Shown: positions 32,677-44,910 of the stretch, piece by piece
Numbering within the stretch: the stretch's first letter is position 1
Layout of the letters: each line of letters starts with the position of its first letter
Assembly (NCBI GenBank): GCA_010015805.1
Contig: ML978127.1
Coordinates: forward strand, 1,240,001-1,304,000
Length of the DNA stretch: 64,000 nucleotides
Reading direction: 5' to 3'
Source: Rhizodiscina lignyota
Lineage: Eukaryota
Notes under the pieces: model-generated
The model's input: the letters and a program-made list of their open reading frames with translations, nothing else
Database searches by the model: none
What the model was told of the DNA's origin: nothing
Program-made: the position numbers and the translations under genes

Positions 32677-34465
32677 GGCCAGATTGAACGTCGAGATCTG
32701 CTTACATCTGAGAGGATGCCGTTTCTCTCACAGTAAATCCCTTCGAGTCTGATTCTGAGTCAGAGTCAGAACGGTCGAGAAGAGATATTCGTAGGTGGCA
32801 AGAAATAGAGTAGCCCGAAGGCGTTATCAGGCAGCGATGATGTCCAGATTCCAGACAGAGCTTCCGTTGGGATCGATGACTACCTCGCAACGTTCTTCGA
32901 AAAGTTGAAAGGACAATACAAACTATTCTTGGCCATCCTATAGAGATGGGATAGTAGCGAAGTGAAGTGTTTCACGTGGATATATCAGGTGGAAGAGAGC
33001 TCGGGAGTGACGGCTGCGCAGAAGGTAGATTCCTTGTTCCGTTTATGGCTAAGCGTGAGCTAGGGTCAGGAGGTGGAGTGTGACGAAAATGTTGGCCCCA
33101 ACTTTCACGACACTGAATAGATACAACCAGACGTATAGTCTCTATGACTAACAACGAAGTTTCCAGAGATAATTCCACCCACGTTACCGTGCAAGAGCTG
33201 CTCCCTTTTAAGCATTTTGTCACAACTGGAATATCATGAATCTTCCAGAATCAAACCGGATCTTTCTCTCTACCAAACTTCTTCAATGGCTTCCCTTGGA
33301 GGAATCCAAAGTCCAGAGGATCCCACCTTTAGTAGAACAGTTTCTGGTACCATTAACTCTGTCAGGTTTGGAGGATCTTCATCCCAGTACCAGCGAGACT
33401 TGCCCTTGCCTCTATCGTCCGTGTAGTGAGTGATAAATATGCTCTGACGGAACACCATCGCAACAGATGCCATTGCAGCTTAGTTCAACGATCTGGAGAC
33501 TCATTCTTGTTCCGGGGTTCCACTTGCGAAACCCTGCTTGCTTCAAGATGCGTAGTGGAGCAAGCCAAAGTGTATTATCCGTGCGATATTTTCTTCCACC
33601 CTAAACCCTCTCATGGACGTCTATCTCAAGCCCGGTGAGTATATTCCTCCAAAGTCTCAGAGGAAGCCCTCTCTATAATGAAAAAACTGCAGGCACAACC
33701 CCAATATTAGACGGATGAGGCAGTGCTAGTATGTTGATTGAACATAGGCCGCAGGAAATGAGACTGATGATGATGACGGAAAAGCTGGTCAGAGCTTCCA
33801 AGACGCTGAGCAGCTTCAATGTGTAGCCTCCAGGGCCAACAGCCCATGGAAGTTATTCAAGTGTTCGCTATTATTTAGTATACTCCGGAGCGTAGAACCA
33901 ATCTTTCAGAGGCAGCACTGCTGACCTTGAAGTGAAAGAGCTGGTCGCCCTTAGGCGTTGCCGTCTGTCTGTCGGTCAACTGGTAGTCTATTTTGTCACC
34001 CTCGGGTCATTCTTAGCCCAGCGATCACCTTGCACTACTTCTAATATAGACTCAGTATTATCTAAAACAATTGAGAGAGAATGAAAAGTTTGAATATTTG
34101 ACCACGTGCGAGGTCTGCTGTTCCTGCATCACAAGATCGCTTGGCGACGAGCACGGGCTTTTGTGGCTTGATCTGATGCGTCATACACTTTGAACTTTTG
34201 CAAAGACGCACATCTTCTTCTCTCCTCAGACTTCCTCAATTCCATTCTCTGTCTTGCGAGTTTCATACCGTGAAAGTGCAAAACTTTGTGTTTAGTGCCC
34301 TTCTTGCACAGGTTCACTTGACCAGCCACCCCCTTTTCGGGAGTGGGTGAAGAGGAAGAAGCTCTGACACTTTCAGCAAAGAATCAGTTCCTTTCATTGA
34401 GCAAGCACAGTTTCTCTATACGTTTTGCACAACTCTCATTGGGACCTATCAGATACGTTTCAAAC

Positions 34466-36022
34466 ATGTCTGGTCGAGTCCTCCGCCCTCGAGCGACGAA
34501 ACAAGCCCCTGCAGGTACCCCGAAGCTCGGTGAACCGCAGCAACTCTCCAGCCCGCCGACGACACCTGCTCCAGCCAAGCGTGCACGAGGCAAAGTCAAT
34601 GCAAGCGAAAAGGTAGTTCAGACTCCATCGGCGGATACCATCACTTCGAACACCTCCCGTAAACGGGCCCGCAAAGCAGCAAAAGTCGAAGACGATCCTT
34701 ACGAGCTCCCTCACAATCTGGGCAGACTGGTTCCACCAACACCAGTAGCTGATGATGACGATGAAGAGCTCCAAGTGGATGACGGGTCACCAAAGAAGCG
34801 CCCACGCACCCGGAAGCCCGCAAAACCGGTTATACCTTCCACTACCGATGCAGAAGTACAAGCACTCGCCGCCAAAGTCGGCCTCACTGCTCCCACTACC
34901 TCCAGCGCCTCACCATCCAAGAAGTCCAAGGCGAAAGAACACGCGCTCCAACCCGGCATATCACCATACCCAACCTACCCGCACCCTACGGCTGAAGAAT
35001 GTCACGAGGTGACTCGCGTACTGAGCAAGCTGCACGGCGAAGTCGCACCACCCGCGCAGATTCCCATGCCGAGTCTCACAGTCGCAGGATGTGGAGAAGT
35101 GCCTTCTGTCCTCGACGCCTTGGTGCGCACGCGGCTAAGCGCTAATACCAGCAACAACAACTCGAGCCGTGCATTTCAGGGCATCGTACAGCGCTTCGGG
35201 GTGAAAGAGAGTGGAATCGGCAAGGGCAGCGTGGACTGGGATAAGGTGCGCCGTAGCAACGTGAACGATTTGGAGGAATCGATTCGCGCGGGTGGGCTGA
35301 GCAAGATTAAGAGCAAAGATATCAAGCAGATTCTGGATTTAGTGTACGAGGAGAACCAGGCGCGTGCTGCGGCGCTCAGAGATCCCGAGAACGATCCGAA
35401 AGGCGCGGAAAGGGAGAGCGAAGGCGAGAAGAATGTTGAGGTTGCGAAGGCGGAGGAGGGCGTACTGAGTCTAGATCATTTACATTTGCTGGGCGATGAA
35501 GAGGCATTCAGGAAGCTTGTTAGTTATCCCGGCATCGGTCCGAAAACGGCAAGTTGTGTGATGCTGTTCTGTATGAAGAGGGCCAGTTTTGCCGTGGATA
35601 CCCATGTTTTCAGGCTTTGCAGGTGGCTAGGGTGGGTTCCGAGTCAGGAGTGGGTGGATGAGCAGAATGGGATTGCTGCGGAGGAAGCAAATGGAATCGA
35701 CGGAGCCGAGGAGTCGCCGAAGAAGAAGAGCAAGAGAGTCAAGGGCATGCCGAAAGTAGACCGAGAGACGTGCTTTCACCACTGCGAGGCTCGAGTGCCA
35801 GGCGAGCTCAAATATCCGCTTCACCAGTTGCTAATTAAGCATGGCAGAACCTGCCCAAGATGTCGCGCTATCACCGGCGAGGCGAGCAAGGACTGGGACA
35901 AAGGATGCGTGATTGAGAAACTGGTGAAAAGAGACGGTGTCAAAAAGGCATCTGGCAAGATGAAAGTCGAGTCTGAAGAGGACGAAGCTGAGGAATGGGA
36001 AGAGGACGATGCAGATGACTGA
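34466..36022 (+). CDS. HhH-GPD superfamily DNA glycosylase (endonuclease III-like) with a disordered, basic N-terminus
   Basis: ATG at 34466 (MSGRVLRPR); VLDALVRTRLSANT, IRAGGLSKIK, HhH LVSYPGIGPKTASCV, FAVDTHVFRL, LHQLLIKHGRTCPRC. Confidence 0.9.
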   Translation: MSGRVLRPRATKQAPAGTPKLGEPQQLSSPPTTPAPAKRARGKVNASEKVVQTPSADTITSNTSRKRARKAAKVEDDPYELPHNLGRLVPPTPVADDDDEELQVDDGSPKKRPRTRKPAKPVIPSTTDAEVQALAAKVGLTAPTTSSASPSKKSKAKEHALQPGISPYPTYPHPTAEECHEVTRVLSKLHGEVAPPAQIPMPSLTVAGCGEVPSVLDALVRTRLSANTSNNNSSRAFQGIVQRFGVKESGIGKGSVDWDKVRRSNVNDLEESIRAGGLSKIKSKDIKQILDLVYEENQARAAALRDPENDPKGAERESEGEKNVEVAKAEEGVLSLDHLHLLGDEEAFRKLVSYPGIGPKTASCVMLFCMKRASFAVDTHVFRLCRWLGWVPSQEWVDEQNGIAAEEANGIDGAEESPKKKSKRVKGMPKVDRETCFHHCEARVPGELKYPLHQLLIKHGRTCPRCRAITGEASKDWDKGCVIEKLVKRDGVKKASGKMKVESEEDEAEEWEEDDADD

Positions 36023-38126
36023 GTATCGGGTCTCCATAATTCAAAGTTCTGAGCGGCGAATGCGGACCGGCAAAATATGGAGCTTGCAGATAGGGTATGT
36101 TCCGCATTAAATTCTAGCAGATTTTCTGGAAGTTACGCACGAAAATGTGAAAATAACGCAGTCGCATTCGTCTGACCTAAGAAATGTGCATTTCCCGTTG
36201 TGCGGTGGTCCCAGTCGAAACACTATTCGTAGAATCTCACCAGAACTCGGACTGCGCGGTTTTTTATCCTCTGTGCGCTGAAACCGCTGCTAGCAGAACA
36301 TCAGAGCCAGTCTTTTGGATTGCGAGACGTTCAAAGATATTGTTCAATCTCGCTTCACCAACTGCGCGCAGGGTCCGGAACGTTGGTGGTGTTGATACTC
36401 CGAAGACCCGCCTGTAACTCGGAGGTGTCGGATGGCACGCTTTTTAGCGCATTCGAAGGATGAAGTCCCTTCAAGCAGAATTAGTTACGGGTGGCGTCTG
36501 TTCCTGCGTCGTCTTTTCCTGCTACGCTACGGTCGAACTACCCTTTCGATACGGAATACGATAGTCCCCGTATTGCCGTCCTGTCATGTTTAGTCAATTG
36601 CAATATTTCCGTGGAAGTCTCGCATTCTTCTAGAAGCCCGGGAGAACCAGGGTGGGGACATAGGGCTGAGGAGCGTTCCAAGCAAGCTTTTATTCCCACA
36701 GCGTCCCACCTATCGCGCCTAGCTGTGTCCGAGGGCCGCGAGACGCGCCGTAGCCTGTAGGAATGAGGAATGTAGGTGCGGATGCAATTAGCAATGAAAT
36801 TTGAGCAGGATTGCATCAAGCTAGCGGGCTACACCAACACTCCGTTGCCGGAGGGGGAAAGTAGCTCAATGTACCGAAGGGACAGGTGCTCGTGTGAGGA
36901 TGCCAGACGTGGAGAAGATGCGCCATTTTCCAGCGCCTTGCTGCCTGCACACGCCGGTTAAATTTCGGTATCACGAAGAATTCTCGGTGCGCGTGCTGGT
37001 CGCGTGGGATGCTCTCATCAGCTCTTCACCGCCCAACTCGAGGCATTGCGGCTCTTTCAGCCTCGAGGCACGTTGCTGGCGCGCGCCCACTTCGAGGATT
37101 CCGGCCAAGGTCGACGACAAATTCGCTCGGCAGCCGAAAATGTGATCAGTTGAGAGCGCGTTGGAGTGCGCCTGTGAGAGGAGCTGGACCCATGTCCGGG
37201 CGTCCACGATCGGGCCGCCTGCATCCGCATCGTCGACACGACGTCATTGGCATGGCCCTCCCACGATGACACCGGCACATCCTGGCCTCTCTCTTCAACC
37301 GCTGCCAATGAAGCCTTGCACAAGCGACGCCAATAGCCTCATCAGGCAGCACTAGCCAGAGACAAGCTTCGCAGATCACGGGCAGCTCGGTACGCGGGGC
37401 ACGACAGACGCCTGGACATGCACCTCGATTGCGTTCATTGCTTTGTTCCGCAGCGCCTTGGCCACCTCGACTCGTTGGCCCCCCCTCCGTGAACAGGCTT
37501 GCCGTCCAGTGCGGAAAATCGCGCAGACCAACGCTCCTCGTCTTCGCTCCATCGCTGAATTGGCAGTGAGCACCGAGCAAATCGCGGCCGGCCGTCCTGC
37601 GTTGCTAGGGCCAATTCATGGAAATGCCGATGACATTCTGCAGGGTCGGTGCTACCCATTCGATCCAATGACGACGGATCGAGCGGCAGTCGCTCTTGCC
37701 CATTACCGCCAAAATACGTTCATACTGATGAAGGGATTGTTGAGACGGCCGCGATGATGTCCTCATCCTGTAGCGCCCGCGTGTCCGTGCAGGCCCTCAG
37801 GCAAGTAGGAATTTTCGGTTGCAGCCCGTGGGTGGCAGGGTGGAGGTATACGTGCCGATGAGGATATATACACCCTCTCGCTCATCGATACTTGGTCTTA
37901 CACCTGCGTCTCTTTTCTATCTGTCCCCTCTCCACTCTACCTGGTGTGATCATTGACGGGTTGTGGGTGTCGTAGGTTTGAAGAGTTACTTCTTCCTCAC
38001 CTATCAATTGCTGTTGGCTTAGCTGTCACCTCCAATTGCATTTCTAAAGCTGTCTTTCTACTTCGCCACATAAGTACATCGGCCAATTGAATACTCACCA
38101 CCCATTGGTGGCCAACCCTCGCAACC

Positions 38127-41100
38127 ATGTTCAACAGGCATAAGGATAAGGACGTCGAGAGCGGCGCGTCCACGCTCAATCGTCAGGAGTCGGACGAATA
38201 CAACAACCTCGACGAGTACACGGCGCTCCAGAAGTACATCACCACCTACCGCGATCCGCGAAGAGGCAGCGTCGTTGCAGGAGACGACTTGCAAGCAGAT
38301 GCAGATGACGCTCGCAAAGCTCACCCTTGGTGGGCTTTCTGGCGTCGCGGGAACTCCAAGCGTGCAACAGGATTCGATACTGGCGTCGTGCCGGAGGAGT
38401 GGTTGGACGTCGACATCCACCAAGGTATTAGGGGCTCAGACGTCGAGCCAAGGAGAAGGGAGCATGGATGGAATGAAATCCAGACTGAGAAGGAAAACAT
38501 GTTCTTGAAGTTCCTTGGTTATTTCACTGGTCCTATTCTTTACGGTAGGATTCACAATCCCGCATATGACAAATTGGTAGTTACTAACTCCCACTCTCAC
38601 AGTCATGGAACTTGCTGTCATCCTCGCTGCTGGTCTTCGCGACTGGGTCGATTTTGGTGTCATTATCGGTATCTTGATGCTTAACGCTATTGTCGGTTGG
38701 TACCAGGAGAAGCAAGCCGCCGACGTCGTTGCTAGCTTGAAGGGCGACATCGCCATGAAGGCTACGGTTATTCGTGACGGCAAAGAGCAGGAGATCCTTG
38801 CTCGTGAAATTGTTCCTGGTGACGTTGTGAGTATTTCTGACTTCTTTTGTTTTACATTTACAGCGCGGCAAACTCACATCTGGTCAGGTTATCATTGAGG
38901 AAGGTTCAACTGTTCCAGCCGATGCCCGATTGATTTGCGAATACAGCAAGCCCGAAGACTTCGCCAAGTACAAAGAAATGAAGGACCACGACGACTTGCC
39001 TGATGAGAGCGACCCTGAAGCTGGCGAGAAGAAGGACGAGGACGAGGACGACATGGATGACGAGCCCGAGCACTCTGGCCCTCCAATTGTTGCCGTTGAC
39101 CAGTCCGCTATTACTGGAGAGTCTCTTGCCGTCGATAAGTACATGGGTGACACTGTTTACTACACGACTGGCTGCAGGCGCGGCAAATCCTACGCTGTGG
39201 TTACTGCCTCTGCCAAGCACTCCTTCGTTGGACGTACCGCTTCGCTCGTCGAAGGCGCTGAGGACCAGGGCCATTTCAAGGCTATCATGAACTCCATCGG
39301 TTACAGTCTGCTTGTCCTCGTCGTGTTCTGGATCCTCGCGGCTTGGATTGGCGGCTTCTTCCGTCACTTGAAGATCGCTACTCCTGAGGACAGCTCCGTG
39401 AACTTGCTCCACTACGCTCTGATTCTTCTCATTGTTGGTGTCCCTGTCGGTCTGCCTGTTGTTACTACCACGACTTTGGCTGTCGGTGCGGCGTATCTTG
39501 CAAAGCAGAGGGCTATCGTGCAGAAACTGACTGCCATTGAATCGCTTGCCGGTGTCGATGTGCTCTGCTCCGACAAGACTGGTACCCTTACGGCCAATCA
39601 GCTCTCTATCCGCGAGCCGTACGTTGCCGAAGGCCAAGATGTCCATTGGATGATGGCTTGTGCTGCTCTGGCTTCGTCTCACAACATCAAGTCGCTCGAT
39701 CCCATTGACAAGGTTACAATTCTTACTCTCCGCCGTTATCCCAAGGCACGTGACATCCTAAAGCAGGACTGGAAGACCAAGTCCTTCACTCCATTCGATC
39801 CTGTCAGCAAGCGTATCACCGCGGTTGTTGAGCTCGATGGCGACAAGTACGTCTGCGCAAAGGGAGCACCAAAGGCTATTCTCGCCCTTACAAATTGTGA
39901 CAAGGAGACCGAGACACTTTTCAAGCAAAAGACTACGGAGTTTGCTCGCCGTGGTTTCCGCTCCCTTGGTGTTGCCTACCAGAAGAACGATGGCCAATGG
40001 ATCCTCCTCGGTCTGCTCTCTATGTTCGATCCCCCTCGTGAGGACACTGCTCAGACTATCGTTGAGGCTCAACAGCTCGGTGTTCCGGTCAAGATGCTTA
40101 CTGGTGATGCCATTGCCATCGCTAAGGAAACTTGCAAGATGTTGGCTCTCGGAACCAAAGTGTACAACTCCCAGAAACTGATGCACAGCGGTCTGAGCGG
40201 CACTGCGCAGCACGACTTCGTCGAACGGGCTGATGGCTTTGCTGAGGTCTTCCCTGAGCACAAGTACCAAGTCGTCGAAATGTTGCAGCAGAGAGGCCAC
40301 TTGACTGCCATGACTGGTGATGGTAAGCTTTTTGGCTCGAAAATATGTCTACGAACTACGCTAATAGTACGACTACAGGTGTCAACGATGCTCCTTCGCT
40401 GAAGAAGGCTGACTGCGGTATTGCCGTCGAAGGTGCTTCCCCAGCTGCCCAAGCCGCCGCAGATATCGTTTTCCTCGCCCCCGGTCTGTCCACTATCGTC
40501 CTGGCTATCAAGACTGCCCGTGAGATCTTCCAGCGCATGAAGGCCTATATCCAGTATCGTATCGCGCTCTGCTTGCACTTGGAAATCTACCTCGTGACCA
40601 GCATGATCATCATCAACGAAACCATCCGCGTCGAGCTTATCGTCTTCTTGGCCCTGTTCGCTGATCTGGCCACCGTCGCAGTCGCTTACGACAACGCTCA
40701 CAGCGAGTCGAGGCCCGTAGAATGGCAGCTGCCTAAGATTTGGATCATCTCTGTCATCCTCGGCATACTGCTTGCGCTTGGCACTTGGGTCATCCGTGGC
40801 ACAATGTATCTCCCTAACGGCGGTATCGTTCAGAACTTTGGCTGCGTGCAAGAGATCCTCTTCCTCGAAGTCGCGCTCACTGAGAACTGGCTCATCTTCG
40901 TCACTCGTGGCGGCAAGACCTGGCCCTCATGGCAGCTCGTCCTCGCCATTCTCGGTGTTGACGCCATCGCCACCATCTTCTGTCTCTTCGGCTGGCTCTC
41001 TGGCGGCGTTGATCCCGCTACCAACCCGCATGACAACTTCCACCAGCGCCAGGATGGCTGGGTCGACGTCGTCACTGTCGTCGTCATCTGGGCCTACTCC

Positions 41101-41319
41101 ATTGGTGTTACCATTGTCATCGCCATCGTGTACTTCTTGCTCAACCGCATTAGATGGCTCGACGACTTAGGCCGCAAGGATAGGTCCAGGAAGGATCCCA
41201 AGATCGAGAACATCCTTGCTGCGGTTAGCAAGCTGGCCATTGAGCATGAAAGTGACGGAAATGGCAAAGATCATTACACCCTGGTTACGAGGGCCCAGGA
41301 TGATGATGACGACGAGTAG
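38127..41319 (+). CDS. PMA1: Plasma-membrane H+-ATPase (P3A), Aspergillus PmaA-type N-terminus, 4 exons
   Basis: Introns 38545-38602, 38827-38887 and 40323-40378; motifs TGES, GVPVGLP, CSDKTGTLT, KGAP, DPPR, MLTGD and TGDGVNDAPSLKKAD; N-terminal LDEYTALQKYI. Confidence 0.97.
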
Positions 41320-42219
41320 ATTTGATGTGGCTTAGTGTGGTGGGTGTAGAAGGTGGTTGTGGTGAAGGGTTTGAGAGTGACTCTGGGAGTCAAGGCGCGT
41401 CACTGAAAGTGAAGGAAGAGATGTCGGAAGGACATCTCACGAGCGTACAAAGGTAATGAATTTTTTCTTGTCCATATCATCTAACGGCAACGGGTGGGAA
41501 TACCATGATAGACTGTACTATAATACCATTTCGTACTTAATATCAAAATCCAAAAGCGAACATTGAAACATACTCAGACTTTCCCCGTCTTCGACGCCTC
41601 CGCTGCTGTGACTGTCGATGCGATCTCCGCCAAGGGCCATGTCAATCCCACAAACCAAGAAAGCCTTTGTGGCATTGCAGAAGCAAAGCAAGATGATCGA
41701 AATATCACAACTCTCAACAAATGCAGAGGTGCCGAAATCGGTCACAGAGGGCTTTCTTTACTTCTTCCTCAGTCGATCAGCTGACTCAGGGTTGACCCAC
41801 CTGCAGAAGCAAATTCCATACGTATGGCACCTGCAAGGCCCCGAATCTAGATCTTCGGCTGCACAGCGTCGATCGGGGCGCCGACAAACCGTCATCAGTG
41901 CGACCCTTGTATAAGGTTGGGCATATGGATACGAATGAAGGATTTGGCGAACCGCCGAAAGGTGAGACCCTCACAGAATGACAACAGAGACGTGGAACGA
42001 TCTTTTGAACACTCTTGAAATTTCGAAGTAAACCTGATCTGACGCCAATTGGTGCCCTAGTATGACAACAGCCCCTTACACAGTTGCAGTGCCATCTAAA
42101 CATCTCCTGTAAGAGTCACCTTTTTGTGCAACGCAGCATGCTTTGGTATTTTGCCTCTCTCTCTCCCCTTTTTAGTGCTAAACTGGAAACTTTCATCCCG
42201 TCATCTCAAATCATGCTCT

Positions 42220-44529
42220 CTACAGCTCGTCGTGGTCAGCCGGCTCATCATCGCCGTAGTCGGGCATGCCTCCAGCGCCGCCGGCGGAGCCGTACAGCTT
42301 GCTGGTGATCGGGTAGGCGACATTGCTGAGCTTCTCCTTCTGCTCGTCAAAGTCCTCTGTCGTGGCAGTGGCCGCATACTCTTCGAGCCAGTCCTGGGCT
42401 TCCTTGACGGCTTCCAAAATCTGTTGCATTCATTAGCATTGTCTCATTGTGGTTTCATGGGCAGTGAATGACTTACGGTATCCTTGTCCTCCTCGTCAAT
42501 CTTGCCGCCAAGGCCCTCGTCGTCGTTGACCTGGTTCTTCAGGCTGAAGGCGTAGTTCTCGAGACCGTTCCTAGCCTCGATCTTCTCCCTCGTGGCCTTG
42601 TCCTCCTCGGCGTATTTCTCAGCCTCGGCAACCATACGGTCAATTTCCTCGGTGCTCAAGCGGCCCTTGTCGTTTGTGATGGTGATAGACTCACTCTTGC
42701 CAGTGCCCTTGTCACCAGCACTAACCTTCAAGATACCGTTGGCATCGAGTTCAAATGAGACCTCGATTTGCGGGACACCACGAGGCGCAGGAGGAATACC
42801 GGTGAGCTCGAACTTGCCGAGGAGGTTGTTGTCCTTCGTCATGGAGCGCTCGCCTTCGAAGACCTGGATCAGGACGACCGGCTGGTTATCCGCAGCGGTA
42901 GAGAAGATCTGGCTCTTGCGAGTCGGGATGGTCGTACCACGCTTGATCAGCGCTGTCATAACGCCACCGGTCGTCTCAATACCGAGAGTAAGCGGGTTCA
43001 CATCCATGAGGACGATACCGGAAGTGGAGTCCTGGCCAGAGAGAATACCACCCTGAACAGCGGCGCCAAAGGCGACGGCCTCGTCGGGGTTGACCTCCTT
43101 GCGGGCCTTCTTGCCAAAGTATTCCTCGAGCATGTTCTGAACCTTGGGGATACGGGTAGAGCCACCGACGAGAACGATATCATCAATCTCACTCTTCTTC
43201 AGCTTAGCATCCTTAAGGACCTGCTCGACGGGCTTGAGTGTCTTCTTGAAGAGGTCGTTGTTCAGCTCCTCGAACTTGGCGCGGGTGAGCGTCTCAGACA
43301 AGTCGTTACCGTCGTGGAAGGATTCGATTTCGATGCGAGTGGACATCTGCGATGAACTGTGAAATTGGTTAGCTGAAGGTAGTAGCGCAATTGCATGCGT
43401 GTGTAGCTCACAGTGTGCGCTTGGCCTTCTCAACCTCGCGCTTCAGTTTACCCATCGTCTTGGGGTTCTTGGCGATATCCGCATTGTTCTCTTTGTTGTA
43501 CTTCTTGACGAGGTAGTTCACAACACGCTGGTCAAAATCCTCACCACCAAGATGGGTATCACCAGCCGTCGCCAGCACCTCGAAGACACCATTGTCGACA
43601 GTCAAAATGGACACATCGAATGTACCACCACCAAGGTCGTACACGATGATCTGGCGCTCATTCTCGCTCTGCTTGTCAAGGCCGTATGCGAGTGCTGCGG
43701 CGGTAGGTTCGTTAACGACACGTAGAACGTTCAGGCCGGCAATGGTACCGGCGTCCTTGGTGGCGGCACGCTGGGAGTCGGTGAAGTAAGCCGGCACGGT
43801 GACGACGGCGTTGGTAACCTTCTCGCCGAGATAGTTCTCTGCGACTTCCTTCATCTTGCCAAGGACCATGGCAGAGACTTCTTCGGGAGTGAAGGTCTTA
43901 TCCTCTCTGTAGTGAAAGTCAGCGCATGCTCGCAATGTCCACTGCAGCCGTTCTATATTGTGTCAACTCACCCTTTGACATCGACTTGTACTTTTGGCTG
44001 TCCACCCTTGTTGATAACCTTGAACGGGAAGTGCTTGATATCGGCCTGTACTTCCTTCTCATCGAACTTGCGACCAATCATACGCTTGACGTCGAAGACT
44101 GTCCGACGAGGATTGCTGGCAAATTGATTTTTCGCTGCGTCGCCAACAAGACGCTCGTCGTCTGTCCATGCGACCCATGACCTAAGAGACAATGCATTAG
44201 CTTATGTTCCTTGACCCGCGGAATCTGATGGTGGCGCAGAAAATGCCACGTTGAAGGTACACTTACGGTGTGATACGGTTACCCTGATCGTTTACCAAAA
44301 TTTCGACCTTGCCGTTCTTCATGATGCCCACACAGCTATACGTTGTCCCCAAATCGATACCAATGACGGGTCCACTGACTCCAGTGTCCTTGTCATCCTT
44401 CAGTGGCTGCTGGTCTTCTGCTCTAGCAGTCGTCGCTAATAGTAGCATGGGAAGGCATAGAACAAGAACGAGATAGGCGGCCGTCATCCACGTAAACCGC
44501 GGCGACGAATTTCTCGATCGTCGAGCCAT
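42220..44529 (-). CDS. KAR2: ER Hsp70 chaperone BiP, 5 exons
   Basis: Signal peptide, [49 protein letters not shown]-terminal HDEL; four canonical introns. Confidence 0.98.
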
Positions 44530-44897
44530 GTTGTGTGTGATGTGTAGGGTGTGAGGTGGGAGACTCGAGGGAAGATGGCAGCTCGATCGAGCTTTGGAGA
44601 AAGAAAAGTTAAAGGCAGGCGCGGGGAGGTGTTGCCAATGCTTTCTAAGTGAGAGAGGGAGTGTAGAGAGAAGAAGGGCGGCTGCTTGCAGTGCAGAGCA
44701 AGGTCGGGTTGGAGGAAGTTGAAAGAAAGTGCGTGGGTTGCACCGTGGAGATTTTTAAATGGACATGGTGTTGAAGACAGCTGTACCTTTTCGGGGGCTG
44801 GTGGCGCTGACATAACACAAACCGCCTCCGCGGCGCAGGAACAAGCCAAAATGCCAATTGGCCTTTTCCTCAGTCCCCTATGTGCGCGGCAACACCT

Positions 44898-44910
44898 ATT
44901 GGACACGTTG
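44898..44910 (-). promoter_or_regulatory. Candidate unfolded-protein-response element upstream of BiP, fused to a CCAAT box
   Basis: The minus strand reads CAACGTGTCCAAT, matching the CANCNTG/ACGTGTC Hac1-type UPRE, about 370 bp upstream of the BiP ATG. A second CCAAT lies at ~44834. Confidence 0.65.

Noticed and set aside
36400..38126. PacC (GCCARG) sites upstream of the H+-ATPase
   Set aside because: About three hexamer matches in 1.7 kb of GC-rich DNA is close to chance.
38906..43725. Long antisense ORFs over the H+-ATPase and BiP genes
   Set aside because: These are expected shadows of strongly biased codon usage in highly expressed genes.
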